From assembly GCF_039768865.1 (NCBI RefSeq), contig NZ_JBDMZQ010000025.1: a DNA stretch of 64,000 bases; one strand, written 5' to 3'. The DNA is from Wenyingzhuangia sp. Its GTDB lineage: Bacteria; Bacteroidota; Bacteroidia; Flavobacteriales; Flavobacteriaceae. The notes below the pieces were generated by a model. The model was not told the DNA's origin. It saw only the letters and a list, made by a program, of their open reading frames with translations, and did not search any database. The translations under genes were made by a program, and so were the position numbers. Within the stretch, counting starts at the first letter, position 1; each line of letters starts with the position of its first letter. Positions 30,336 through 39,807 of this stretch are shown here, piece by piece.

Positions 30336-31325
30336 TTTAGAGGCTATTTCTTCAATTGTTTTATCAAATGGAGTATATCTAAACTCAGTATCCCTTGTGA
30401 TTTTACTTCCATCGTAGACTCTTTTTTTCTGTGCGGATTTCGCACTATATTTATCTATCTTCATTTGAAATTTGCCAAAAGTCAGAACAGACAAGACATT
30501 GTTGATTCTCCACATGATTTCAGTAACAGTTTTTCCTATCTTAAACTTTGGAGGTTTTACACCAGTTTTGTTAGCAATAAGTGTGAAGATGTCTTTAAAA
30601 CTGAGGTTTTCACTGACGATTACAAATCGCTCGTTTTTAATACTTCCATTCATTAGTAGGATCATCGCCTCGGTCACATCTAATACATCTACAACACCAG
30701 TACTCCCTTTGGTGTAAAATTGGAGTCCTTTTTTAATCTGGTTAAATAATTTCCCAGTGTTTATGTTCCAAGCTCCAAATCCAAAAATCACCCCTGGATT
30801 CACAATTACAACATCCAAGCCTTCTTGAGAACCTCTCCAGACTTCAGTTTCACCACCAAATTTAGATAAGCTATAGTCGCTATGATCTTCCTCGGGATTC
30901 CACTCACAATTTTCATCCATTAAAGGTTTTCCTGGGTTTTGTGATAGCGTTGCAATTGAACTCACATAGCATAACTTTTTGAGGTTTCTGCTGATACAAA
31001 GGTTTACAATGTTTGCGGTTCCTTCGATATTTGTTTTTCGCATTTGTTCTTGATCTTTTTGAGAAAAAGAGACCATTGCAGCAGCATGATATACATGTGT
31101 GATTTCATCGAAAGCTATTTCTAAAGCTGGTAGATCTGTGACATCAGCCTTTTTCCAAATAATTTTATCAAATAGCGATGCGGCGTTATGCAATTCAAAT
31201 ATTTCTTGAGTCGTTTTTTTTTTGTTTTCGTTCCTGTACAAGGCGACCAAACGATCGTTTGTTTTACTTAGTTTATAAAGTAAGTGCGCTCCCACCAAAC
31301 CTGTTCCTCCTGTTACTAAAATCAT
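30327..31325 (-). CDS. NAD-dependent epimerase/dehydratase (extended SDR)
   Basis: ILVTGGTGLVG, HAAAMVS, YSLSK, NPGVIFG. Confidence 0.92.
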   Translation of the reverse strand: MILVTGGTGLVGAHLLYKLSKTNDRLVALYRNENKKKTTQEIFELHNAASLFDKIIWKKADVTDLPALEIAFDEITHVYHAAAMVSFSQKDQEQMRKTNIEGTANIVNLCISRNLKKLCYVSSIATLSQNPGKPLMDENCEWNPEEDHSDYSLSKFGGETEVWRGSQEGLDVVIVNPGVIFGFGAWNINTGKLFNQIKKGLQFYTKGSTGVVDVLDVTEAMILLMNGSIKNERFVIVSENLSFKDIFTLIANKTGVKPPKFKIGKTVTEIMWRINNVLSVLTFGKFQMKIDKYSAKSAQKKRVYDGSKITRDTEFRYTPFDKTIEEIASKLS

Positions 31326-31389
31326 ACTTCAAAATTAATCAAATTTAGGAGAAATTAATTGTTAATTTTACTTTTCAAAGTTTTATCAA

Positions 31390-31962
31390 ATGAAAAAAAA
31401 TGAACTGAGAAAAAAATACAAGTCCCTAAGGCAAGACTTAAGCCTTGAAGAGGTTGAATTAAAAAGTATGTCTGTAGCAAATCAACTTTTAAATTTACCT
31501 ATTTGGAATCAAACCTATTATCATCTTTTTCTGTCTATTCAGGTAAAAAAGGAGATAGATACAGAACAAATTTTACATGTACTATTTGCTAAAAACAAAG
31601 AGGTTGTTGTTTCGAAGTCTGATTTTGAAACCAATACTATGAATCATTTTCTTTTGACAGAAAATACCAGGTTGAAAGTGAATGATTATGGAATACCAGA
31701 GCCTAAAAATGGTTTACCTGTTCCTGAAGCCATGATTGAAGTCGTATTTGTACCGTTGTTAGCTTTTGATCAAAAAGGGAATAGGGTTGGTTATGGCAAA
31801 GGTTTTTATGATAAGTTCTTGCAGAAATGTGATTCAAACGTGATTAAAATAGGTTTGTCTTTTTTTGAACCTGTAGTTCCGGAAATCACCGATATTCATC
31901 ATGATGATGTGCCCTTAAACTATTGTGTTACCCCAAATAAAATATACTGTTTTGATGGATAG
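31390..31962 (+). CDS. 5-formyltetrahydrofolate cyclo-ligase
   Basis: GIPEP, VPLLAFD, GNRVGYGKGFYD, HDDVPL. Confidence 0.95.
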   Translation: MKKNELRKKYKSLRQDLSLEEVELKSMSVANQLLNLPIWNQTYYHLFLSIQVKKEIDTEQILHVLFAKNKEVVVSKSDFETNTMNHFLLTENTRLKVNDYGIPEPKNGLPVPEAMIEVVFVPLLAFDQKGNRVGYGKGFYDKFLQKCDSNVIKIGLSFFEPVVPEITDIHHDDVPLNYCVTPNKIYCFDG

Positions 31963-32602
31963 AATTATAAGAAAGACTGTTGCTTTTGTCAAAGAAAAAT
32001 TAAAATTTAATGAGGGAGGTCATGATTGGTTTCACACAGAACGAGTCTATAATAACGCTTTATTTATCGCACATACTGAAAGTTGTGATTTGCTAGTCGT
32101 TTCTTTGTCTGCTTTGTTGCACGATATAGCAGATGCTAAATTCCATGGGGGAGATGAACAATTGGGACCAAAAGTTGCACGAGATTTTTTAATTTCTGAA
32201 AATGTCAACAAAAAGATCATTGACCATGTTGTAAACATTATTGAAAATATATCTTTCAAAGGTGGTCACGAAATACAAAGGTTTAGATCTAAAGAGTTGG
32301 ATATAGTTCAAGATGCAGACCGATTAGAAGCTATTGGAGCTATTGGAATAGCCAGAACATTTAATTATGGTGGATTTAAAAATAGACCAATTTATGATCC
32401 AGAGATTTTACCTAATCTGAAGATGAGTAAAGAGGAGTATAAGCATACTAAAGCTCCTACAATTAATCATTTTTATGAAAAATTGTTATTGCTTAAAGAC
32501 AGAATGAATACGACTAGAGGAAGTGAGATGGCAGATAAAAGACATCGTTTTATGGAGCTCTTTTTAAGTCAGTTTTATGATGAATGCAACGGTGTTTTGT
32601 GA
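31955..32602 (+). CDS. HD-domain phosphohydrolase
   Basis: GHDWFHTERV, LLHDIAD, QDADRLEAIGAIG, HFYEKLL. Confidence 0.92.
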   Translation: MDRIIRKTVAFVKEKLKFNEGGHDWFHTERVYNNALFIAHTESCDLLVVSLSALLHDIADAKFHGGDEQLGPKVARDFLISENVNKKIIDHVVNIIENISFKGGHEIQRFRSKELDIVQDADRLEAIGAIGIARTFNYGGFKNRPIYDPEILPNLKMSKEEYKHTKAPTINHFYEKLLLLKDRMNTTRGSEMADKRHRFMELFLSQFYDECNGVL

Positions 32603-32656
32603 CCCATAGGAAGAAAGTGTTTCATCTAAGAGAAATAATGAAAGGGAGTTGGTCTT

Positions 32657-33331
32657 TTAATATTCCTCCTTTTGCAGTAGCTGAATGTCTCTAGTGAGTT
32701 GTTCTATTTCTTTTTGATCGGTTCCATCATAAAAGCCTCTAATTCTTTTTTTTGTATCAATTAAAATAAATTGTTCTGTATGGATAAAATCTTGGACACC
32801 ACCATCACCCTCGTCTAGCACAGCAAAATAACTTTTTCTAGCAAGATCGTAAATCATTTTTTTACTACCTGTGGTAATGTGCCACTTGTTGCTAATCGCT
32901 CCGTGTGCTTTGGCATATTTATTTAGTACTGGGACACTGTCCATTACAGGTGTTACCGAGTGAGATAAAAATTTAATATGACTATTATTTATGAATTTTT
33001 GTTGCAGAGTATACATATGATCCGTCATTATGGGGCATATTGTTCCACAACGAGTAAAAAAGAAGTCAGCCACATAAATTTTATCTTTAAAATCTAAAGG
33101 CGTTATTTTTTTTCCATTTTGATCTGTTAAGGAAAATTCACCAATAGTATGGTTTTTTGAAATGTTTAAAAGACTGTAATCTACCAGTTTTGGATTTACA
33201 TCTATGGGATTGTAAATTGGCAAAGATTTTGATTTGATATTGAGTGAGTATAGAGCAATAATGATTGAGATTGATATTACACTCATCGCAATAATGGTGT
33301 ATTTGGATTTTGTAAAAAAGTGATTGCTCAT
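32657..33331 (-). CDS. SCO/SenC family copper chaperone
   Basis: TM anchor, FFFTRCGTICP (CxxxC), FIHTE, RGFYDG. Confidence 0.93.
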   Translation of the reverse strand: MSNHFFTKSKYTIIAMSVISISIIIALYSLNIKSKSLPIYNPIDVNPKLVDYSLLNISKNHTIGEFSLTDQNGKKITPLDFKDKIYVADFFFTRCGTICPIMTDHMYTLQQKFINNSHIKFLSHSVTPVMDSVPVLNKYAKAHGAISNKWHITTGSKKMIYDLARKSYFAVLDEGDGGVQDFIHTEQFILIDTKKRIRGFYDGTDQKEIEQLTRDIQLLQKEEY

Positions 33332-33442
33332 GTTTAAATTTTTATCAAAGTTACAAACCCTTAAGAAACTTTGCACAAAAAATATGAACACATAATTAAA
33401 ATTGTACATTTGTTTGTCTAAAAAAAGAATTACAAATTATCT

Positions 33443-34768
33443 ATGGAGAATTTAATTATCGCGGGGCAGTTTCTATTAAGCTTGTCGCTTTTAATCGTAT
33501 TACATGAATTAGGACATTTTATTCCTGCAAAAATTTTCAAAACAAGAGTAGAGAAGTTCTATTTGTTTTTTGATTATAAATTTTCAATCATAAAGAAAAA
33601 AATTGGAGGAACTGTTTATGGAATTGGTTGGATTCCACTCGGTGGATATGTTAAAATTGCTGGAATGATTGATGAAAGTATGGATACTGAGCAAATGAAG
33701 CAGCCTGCTCAGCCCTGGGAGTTTCGTTCTAAACCCGCATGGCAACGCTTGATTATAATGTTAGGAGGTGTCATCGTAAACTTTGTTTTAGGTCTTCTTA
33801 TTTACATCATGATTTTTTCTGTTTGGGGCCAAGAAGTCATTCAACCAACAGACGTTAAGAATGGTTTTTCCATAAGTAATACCATGAAAAAATATGGATT
33901 TAGAGATGGTGATACTTTCTTGAAAGTTGATGGAAATCCTGTCGAGAATGTTTTAGACGTCAATAAGCAGTTGTTTCTGAGAGATATTAAAACTATTCAA
34001 GTTTTGCATGCTGATGGAAGTAAAGAGGTTTTAAGTATTCCATCAGACATAGGGAAAGAAATGTGGCAGTTGAATGATCTTCAACCTTTTGCACTTCGTC
34101 ATTACGCGATTATAGATTCAGTAATACCAGGTAACCCTGCTTCTTTGTCTGGCTTTATGAAGTCTGATAAAATTGTTTCCGTCAATGGAGAAAAATCTAT
34201 TTATTGGAGTGATTTCACCTCTAAAATCCAAGAATCAAAAGGTGAAGCTATTGAAGTTGTAGTTAATAGAGGAGAAGTATTGATTACCTTGACAGTAACA
34301 CCAGGAGAAGACAAAAAAATAGGAGTAACCCCAATGTTTAGTCCGGATGATAACTTTATCATTACGCACAAGAAATACAATATTTTTCAAAGTGTTGACA
34401 AGGGCGCTGCAGCTGCTTATTGGACATTAAAAGATTACATGTCACAATTTAAGTATGTGTTTACTAAAAAAGGAGCTAGTAGTATGGGAGGATTTATTTC
34501 AATAGCAAAGATTTTTAAACCTGTTTGGCATTGGGAAATATTTTGGGCTAATACTGCATTTTTATCTATTATGCTTGGGTTCATGAATTTACTACCCATA
34601 CCTGCTTTAGACGGAGGTCACGTTGTTTTTACTATTTATGAGATGATTTCTGGAAAAAAACCGGGAGATAAGTTTTTAGAATATTCCCAAATAGCCGGTT
34701 TTATCTTGCTATTATCTCTTCTAGCTTTTGCTAATGGAAATGATATTTACAAACTTGTGTTTGGTTAG
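33443..34768 (+). CDS. rseP: RIP metalloprotease RseP
   Basis: HELGH, PLGGYVK, PDZ domains, NLLPIPALDGG. Confidence 0.96.
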   Translation: MENLIIAGQFLLSLSLLIVLHELGHFIPAKIFKTRVEKFYLFFDYKFSIIKKKIGGTVYGIGWIPLGGYVKIAGMIDESMDTEQMKQPAQPWEFRSKPAWQRLIIMLGGVIVNFVLGLLIYIMIFSVWGQEVIQPTDVKNGFSISNTMKKYGFRDGDTFLKVDGNPVENVLDVNKQLFLRDIKTIQVLHADGSKEVLSIPSDIGKEMWQLNDLQPFALRHYAIIDSVIPGNPASLSGFMKSDKIVSVNGEKSIYWSDFTSKIQESKGEAIEVVVNRGEVLITLTVTPGEDKKIGVTPMFSPDDNFIITHKKYNIFQSVDKGAAAAYWTLKDYMSQFKYVFTKKGASSMGGFISIAKIFKPVWHWEIFWANTAFLSIMLGFMNLLPIPALDGGHVVFTIYEMISGKKPGDKFLEYSQIAGFILLLSLLAFANGNDIYKLVFG

Positions 34769-34800
34769 TAAATAGAATAAGACATAGATTTAAAATAAGG

Positions 34801-34831
34801 AAGCGTTCTTGTGTTACAAGAATGCTTTTTT
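34801..34831 (+). terminator. Intrinsic terminator after rseP
   Basis: AAGCGTTCTTGT-GTT-ACAAGAATGCTT followed by T run. Confidence 0.75.
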
Positions 34832-34880
34832 GTTTTTTGTTTAGAAAAGGTGTATTTTAAGAGTCTAAAACAAACAGCTT

Positions 34881-36695
34881 ATGATAGAATTGGCAGGGAT
34901 TATTATTTTAGGGATTTTAGCACAGTTATTAGCTTGGAAGTTTAAATTACCAGCCATTTTACCATTGATTTTGGTAGGTATAGTTGTGGGACCCATTTCA
35001 ACTTTAATTACAGCTGACGGCTCTAAGTGGATAGAGCCAGTTTGGAATGGATCCAAAGGTTTATTTGCAGGGGAAAGCTTGTTTTACTTTGTTTCCCTAG
35101 CCATAAGTATTATTCTTTTTGAAGGAGGTCTAACCCTAAAGAAAAAAGAGATATATAATGTTGGGCCTTCGATAGTTAAATTAATAACTATTGGAGCTGT
35201 TGTTACTTTTTTTGGAGCGGGTATCGCTGTTCATTATCTGTTAGGGTTAAGTTGGTCAATTTCATTTTTGTTTTCTTCTTTAATTATTGTAACTGGTCCA
35301 ACTGTTATTACTCCGATCCTAAGAAATATACGATTGAAAAGGGATGTTTCAGCATTGTTGAAGTGGGAGGGTATTTTGATAGATCCCATTGGTGCGCTAG
35401 TTGCTGTTTTGGTTTTTGAATTTATTAGTATTGAAAATACAAGTGATTTTACCCAAGCAGCTATGGTTGAGTTTGGTAAAATAGTATTGTTTGGTTTTAC
35501 ATTTGGTTTTACGTTTGCTCATGCCTTTAATCTTATTTTAAAGCAGAAAATGGTTCCTAAATATTTGTTGAATGTTTTTACGCTAGCTTATGTTTTAGGG
35601 GTATTTGTTTTGTCTGATTCTTTTGCTCACGAGTCCGGTTTGTTGTCTGTTGTCGTGATGGGAATGGTACTAGGTAATATTGATATGCCTTATTTAAAGG
35701 AAATCTTAGATTTTAAAGAATCCTTAAGTGTGCTCTTGATTTCCATTCTTTTTATTTTGTTATCGGCAAATATGAATGTAATTGATATTGATTTGATTAA
35801 CAATTGGCAAACTTTAATTCTTTTTGTAATCATCATTTTAGTTGTTCGCCCTTTAGGTGTTTTTTTGAGTACTAGAAATTCTGGTTTAAAGTTTACAGAA
35901 AAAATATTCGTGAGTTGGGTAGGACCAAGAGGTATAGTAGCTGCAGGGATTGCTTCTCTTTTTGGATTAAAATTAGTAGCAATAGGTGAAGAAGGAGCAG
36001 AATACATCACACCATTAGTTTTTTTCATCGTTTTGGGTACTGTGTTGTTAAATGCAACTACAGCTAGATTTGTAGCAAGAGTATTAGGGGTTTATTTGCA
36101 TGCTTCCAAAGGAATTGTTATTGTTGGCGCTTCTGAAGTCTCTAGGGTCATTGCTAAATATTTAGAGGGTAAAAATAGGCATGTAGTCTTGATAGACAAC
36201 AATGCGGATAAAGTTGATTTGGCCAGGAGGGGAGGTTTGAACGCAGAGGTCATTGATGTGTTTTCAGATCAGGTATTGGACGACATAACGTTTGATGAGA
36301 TAGGTTATTTGTTGGCATTAACGGGAAGTAAAAAGGTAAATAAACATGCGATTCAAGTCTTTAGTAGCAGAGTAGATAACGCTTCTGCTTTTAGATTTGT
36401 TTCTGAAACAGAATTAAGCGAAAATAAAAGAGAAAAGGAAACCAATTTTCTGTCTTTAGAGGACGATTTTATCAAATTTAGTGAATTGGTCCGTGAATTT
36501 CCCTATGTAAATGAAGTAGAAATTAAATCACAGCAAGAATTCATTGATATGTCAAATCAGTTGATAGCAAAACCAGATACGATTCCTCTATTTGTCTCTG
36601 ATCAAAAAGGTGAGTTTTTCGTTGTTAATACCCTTTGCGAGCCGATAATTTTTGGTAAAGATTCTATATTGGTTTATTTGGGTAAACCCTTGTAG
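34881..36695 (+). CDS. CPA1/NhaP-type cation:proton antiporter with C-terminal TrkA-N (RCK)-like domain
   Basis: ILFEGG, VTGPTV, WEGILIDP, GPRGIVAA, IVGAS nucleotide-binding tail. Confidence 0.9.
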   Translation: MIELAGIIILGILAQLLAWKFKLPAILPLILVGIVVGPISTLITADGSKWIEPVWNGSKGLFAGESLFYFVSLAISIILFEGGLTLKKKEIYNVGPSIVKLITIGAVVTFFGAGIAVHYLLGLSWSISFLFSSLIIVTGPTVITPILRNIRLKRDVSALLKWEGILIDPIGALVAVLVFEFISIENTSDFTQAAMVEFGKIVLFGFTFGFTFAHAFNLILKQKMVPKYLLNVFTLAYVLGVFVLSDSFAHESGLLSVVVMGMVLGNIDMPYLKEILDFKESLSVLLISILFILLSANMNVIDIDLINNWQTLILFVIIILVVRPLGVFLSTRNSGLKFTEKIFVSWVGPRGIVAAGIASLFGLKLVAIGEEGAEYITPLVFFIVLGTVLLNATTARFVARVLGVYLHASKGIVIVGASEVSRVIAKYLEGKNRHVVLIDNNADKVDLARRGGLNAEVIDVFSDQVLDDITFDEIGYLLALTGSKKVNKHAIQVFSSRVDNASAFRFVSETELSENKREKETNFLSLEDDFIKFSELVREFPYVNEVEIKSQQEFIDMSNQLIAKPDTIPLFVSDQKGEFFVVNTLCEPIIFGKDSILVYLGKPL

Positions 36696-36783
36696 GTTAA
36701 TTATAAAGTTAAAAAATAATAGCCTTTTCAAATTATTTTTTTTAATTTTTTTACTTATATTTGCATCCTCAAAAATTAATAAC

Positions 36784-36800
36784 GTAGGTCGTGAACCTAC
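36784..36800 (+). promoter_or_regulatory. 5' UTR hairpin of rpsP, candidate S16 ribosomal leader
   Basis: GTAGGT-CGTGA-ACCTAC between TATATTTG (36756-36763) and the ATG. Confidence 0.55.
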
Positions 36801-36813
36801 ACAATTTTAAATT

Positions 36814-37374
36814 ATGTCAGTAAAAATTAGATTACAAAGACACGGAAAAAAAGGAAAACCTTTTTATTATGTAGTAGCAGCAGATGCTCGCTCAAAAAGA
36901 GATGGTAAATACTTAGAGAAATTAGGTACTTATAACCCTAACGTAAATCCTGTTATCATTGAGTTAGATGTTGATGCATCAGTAAAATGGTTAAACAACG
37001 GAGCTCAGCCAACAGATACTGCGAAAACAATTTTATCTACCAAAGGTGTTTTGTTGAAGAAACATTTACAAGGAGGTGTAATAAAGGGAGCCTTAACTGA
37101 AGAGCAAGCAGAAGCTAAGTTTACTGCATGGATTCAGGCAAAAGAAGCAGCTATTCAAGCAAAGAAAGATGGTTTGTCTCAGTCTCAGGCCGATGAAAGA
37201 GCAAAAGCACTAGAAGCTGAAAAAGCAGTAAGTGATGCTCGTATTGCAGCTGTTAAAGAGGCAGAAGCAGCATTGATTGCAGAAGCAGAAGCAGCTGAAG
37301 CTGCCAAGCAAGCAGAAGCAGAAGCAGCTACTGAATCAGAAGAGACTACTGAGGTAGAAGAAGCTACAGAGTAA
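36814..37374 (+). CDS. rpsP: 30S ribosomal protein S16 with Ala/Glu-rich extension
   Basis: VKIRLQRHGKK, DARSKRDG, LGTYNP, GAQPTDT. Confidence 0.99.
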   Translation: MSVKIRLQRHGKKGKPFYYVVAADARSKRDGKYLEKLGTYNPNVNPVIIELDVDASVKWLNNGAQPTDTAKTILSTKGVLLKKHLQGGVIKGALTEEQAEAKFTAWIQAKEAAIQAKKDGLSQSQADERAKALEAEKAVSDARIAAVKEAEAALIAEAEAAEAAKQAEAEAATESEETTEVEEATE

Positions 37375-37391
37375 TTTTTGAATACGATTAG

Positions 37392-37919
37392 ATGCGTAAA
37401 GAAGATTGTTTTTATTTAGGCAAAATCGTAAGAAAACACAGTTTTAGAGGTGAGGTTGTTATAAAGTTAGACACTGATGAACCTCAGTTATATAAAGATA
37501 TGGAATCAGTTTTTGTCGAACAAGGCAAAGATTTGATTCCATTTTTTATTGAAGAAAGATTGCTCCAAAAAGGAAATCAATTGCGAGTACGTTTTGAAAC
37601 GATTGATTCTGAACAAGATGCAGATGCTATTATGAATTCAGGAATATATTTGCCTCTATCCTTTTTACCTAAATTGACGGGTAACAAGTTTTATTTTCAT
37701 GAAATTATTAATTTTAAGGCCGTTGATACAGTTTATGGAGAGGTTGGTGTGGTTAAAGGAATTAATGACACCACAGCACAGCCGTTATTTGTAATTATGA
37801 AAGACGGTCAAGAAATTTTAATTCCTATGATTGATGAATTTATCAAAGAGATTGATCGTAAAGGAAAGCGTGTTGTTTTGTGCACACCCCCAGGTCTAAT
37901 TGAGATGTATTTGTCTTAA
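37392..37919 (+). CDS. rimM: Ribosome maturation factor RimM
   Basis: LGKIVRKHSFRGEV, FYFHEI, ILIPMI, PPGLI; follows rpsP. Confidence 0.96.
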   Translation: MRKEDCFYLGKIVRKHSFRGEVVIKLDTDEPQLYKDMESVFVEQGKDLIPFFIEERLLQKGNQLRVRFETIDSEQDADAIMNSGIYLPLSFLPKLTGNKFYFHEIINFKAVDTVYGEVGVVKGINDTTAQPLFVIMKDGQEILIPMIDEFIKEIDRKGKRVVLCTPPGLIEMYLS

Positions 37920-37971
37920 ACTCTATCTGTTGAGTAGATATTTGTGTTTTTAAGCTTCTTTAGGTTTTACA

Positions 37972-38667
37972 ATGTTTCAATTTAAACAATTTTCTGTTTT
38001 GCAAGAGCGTTCAGCAATGAAAGTTGGAACAGATGCTGTTCTGTTAGGATCATGGGCTCCTGTTGGTAAAGCAAAGAACATTTTAGACATTGGAACTGGT
38101 ACTGGTTTGATTGCTTTGATGTTGGCTCAAAGAAATGCCACAGCTAAAGTTCATGCTGTTGAAATAGAAGAAAATGCTTGTTTAGAAGCTTCAATAAACT
38201 TTAAGAAAGCTCCTTGGTCAGACAGATTAAAAGTATATAATGACTCTTTACAGCATTTTGAAACAATCATAAAATATGATCTCATAGTCTCCAATCCTCC
38301 CTATTATCAAGATACTTTCAAGGGACTCAATTCAAATAGAACGTTGGCTAGGCATGTTGACAACTTATCCTTTCAAGATTTACTCTTTTATACCTCCTCA
38401 ATGTTGCATGATGAAGGAACTTGTGCTTTTATAATTCCGTTCAGTGAAGAGGATTATTTTATTAAATTAGCAAAAAAAAATGGTCTCAATATATGTAAAT
38501 TGACAAGAGTGAGGGGTAGGGTAGATTTACCTTTCAAGCGAAGTTTGCTTTGTTTTAAGAAAAAGTTTTGTGATTGTGAAGAGACAGAGCTTGTTATAGA
38601 AGTGAAAAGACATGTATATACCTCAGATTATATTGAATTGACTAAATCTTTTTATTTAAAAATGTAA
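37972..38667 (+). CDS. tRNA1(Val) adenine-37 N6-methyltransferase (YfiC/TrmN6 family)
   Basis: FQFKQF, MKVGTDAVLLG, LDIGTGTG, SNPPY. Confidence 0.9.
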   Translation: MFQFKQFSVLQERSAMKVGTDAVLLGSWAPVGKAKNILDIGTGTGLIALMLAQRNATAKVHAVEIEENACLEASINFKKAPWSDRLKVYNDSLQHFETIIKYDLIVSNPPYYQDTFKGLNSNRTLARHVDNLSFQDLLFYTSSMLHDEGTCAFIIPFSEEDYFIKLAKKNGLNICKLTRVRGRVDLPFKRSLLCFKKKFCDCEETELVIEVKRHVYTSDYIELTKSFYLKM

Positions 38668-38671
38668 ACTA

Positions 38672-39049
38672 ATGAAGAAATATTTTGTTTTGGCAAGTTT
38701 CAGTGGTGCATTGGCAGTGCTTTTGGGTGCTTTTGGTGCTCATTCTTTAAAAAATATACTTTCTGACTCACAGATGTATCGTTTCGAAACAGCAGTAAGG
38801 TACCAAATCATTCATAGTTTGTTGGCCTTGATAGTTCTGCTAATTCCATTTTTGACAGTGAGACAAATGAAAATAATTATAAAGACTCTATTTGTTGGGG
38901 TTTTTTGTTTCTGTGGTTCAATCTACATACTTGTCACAGGGTTTGTCAGTGCTGGTTATATTTGGTTTGTTACTCCATTAGGAGGTCTTTTAATAATCAT
39001 CTCGTGGATGTTGATAGGGTACTATGCTTTGAAACAAAAATCAGTATAA
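38672..39049 (+). CDS. DUF423 (YgdD-like) membrane protein
   Basis: LGAFGAH, TAVRYQIIH, FCGSIY, TPLGG. Confidence 0.9.
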   Translation: MKKYFVLASFSGALAVLLGAFGAHSLKNILSDSQMYRFETAVRYQIIHSLLALIVLLIPFLTVRQMKIIIKTLFVGVFCFCGSIYILVTGFVSAGYIWFVTPLGGLLIIISWMLIGYYALKQKSV

Positions 39050-39054
39050 TTATC

Positions 39055-39807
39055 TTATTTATATTTCTTTCTTTCAAGCTCTCTCATCTTTCGTAGCGTT
39101 TCATCTTTATTTTCTTTTTGAATAGCTTCTATTTTTAAGTCAACTTGTTTTTGATACTTGCTGTTTTTCTTTTCTATTTCGTATTTGATCATACTATTTT
39201 TTATCTCTAGAATACTATCAATATCATTTTGAAGTGATTGCTTATAGGCTTCTATATGAGCAAAAGACTTTATCCTTAAAGTGTCCTTTAATCTATTTTG
39301 AATGTCTTTTGTTTGTTTTTCAAACAACTTATCGTTACCATTTTTAATAGAATCTGTTATTCTTATTAAAATTATCTCTTTAGTATCTTTAAGTGATTTT
39401 ATTTCTTGGTTAATTAAATTTTGTTGACTTTTTTTTAGTGAGTCTATTTTTCTTGTAAATATAACTTCCTTCTTGTTTTTTAATTGATTTAGTTTATTAT
39501 CGACTAAAGTTTTAACAAGTTTCATTATTTCTTCATTTAAATTAATATTAGACGTGTAATATTTTAAACTTTTATTAAATGTAGTGGAGTCAGTTTCTTG
39601 GTTTATATATACGAGGCTAAGGTAATTTATGTTTCTTTCGTTGTTTTTATTTTTAATATTTTTTGCATTTTTTGCAATGTAAATTTCTGCAAGCACCGAG
39701 GCCATCTTTTGTTTTGACAGTAGGTTGTCTGGTTTCTTAGGGATGGTGTTGCTGTTACATGAGATCAAAGCACAAATGCAGAAGAAATAAAAAATAGTGT
39801 TTTTCAT
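39055..39807 (-). CDS. DUF4296-like lipoprotein with long helical C-terminal extension
   Basis: Lipobox LISC, PKKPDNLLSKQKM..VL.EI, DSTTFNKSLKYY. Confidence 0.7.
   Translation of the reverse strand: MKNTIFYFFCICALISCNSNTIPKKPDNLLSKQKMASVLAEIYIAKNAKNIKNKNNERNINYLSLVYINQETDSTTFNKSLKYYTSNINLNEEIMKLVKTLVDNKLNQLKNKKEVIFTRKIDSLKKSQQNLINQEIKSLKDTKEIILIRITDSIKNGNDKLFEKQTKDIQNRLKDTLRIKSFAHIEAYKQSLQNDIDSILEIKNSMIKYEIEKKNSKYQKQVDLKIEAIQKENKDETLRKMRELERKKYK

Noticed and set aside
37150-37374. GAAGCA-like repeats in rpsP
   Set aside because: Encode the Ala/Glu-rich S16 tail that is common in Bacteroidota
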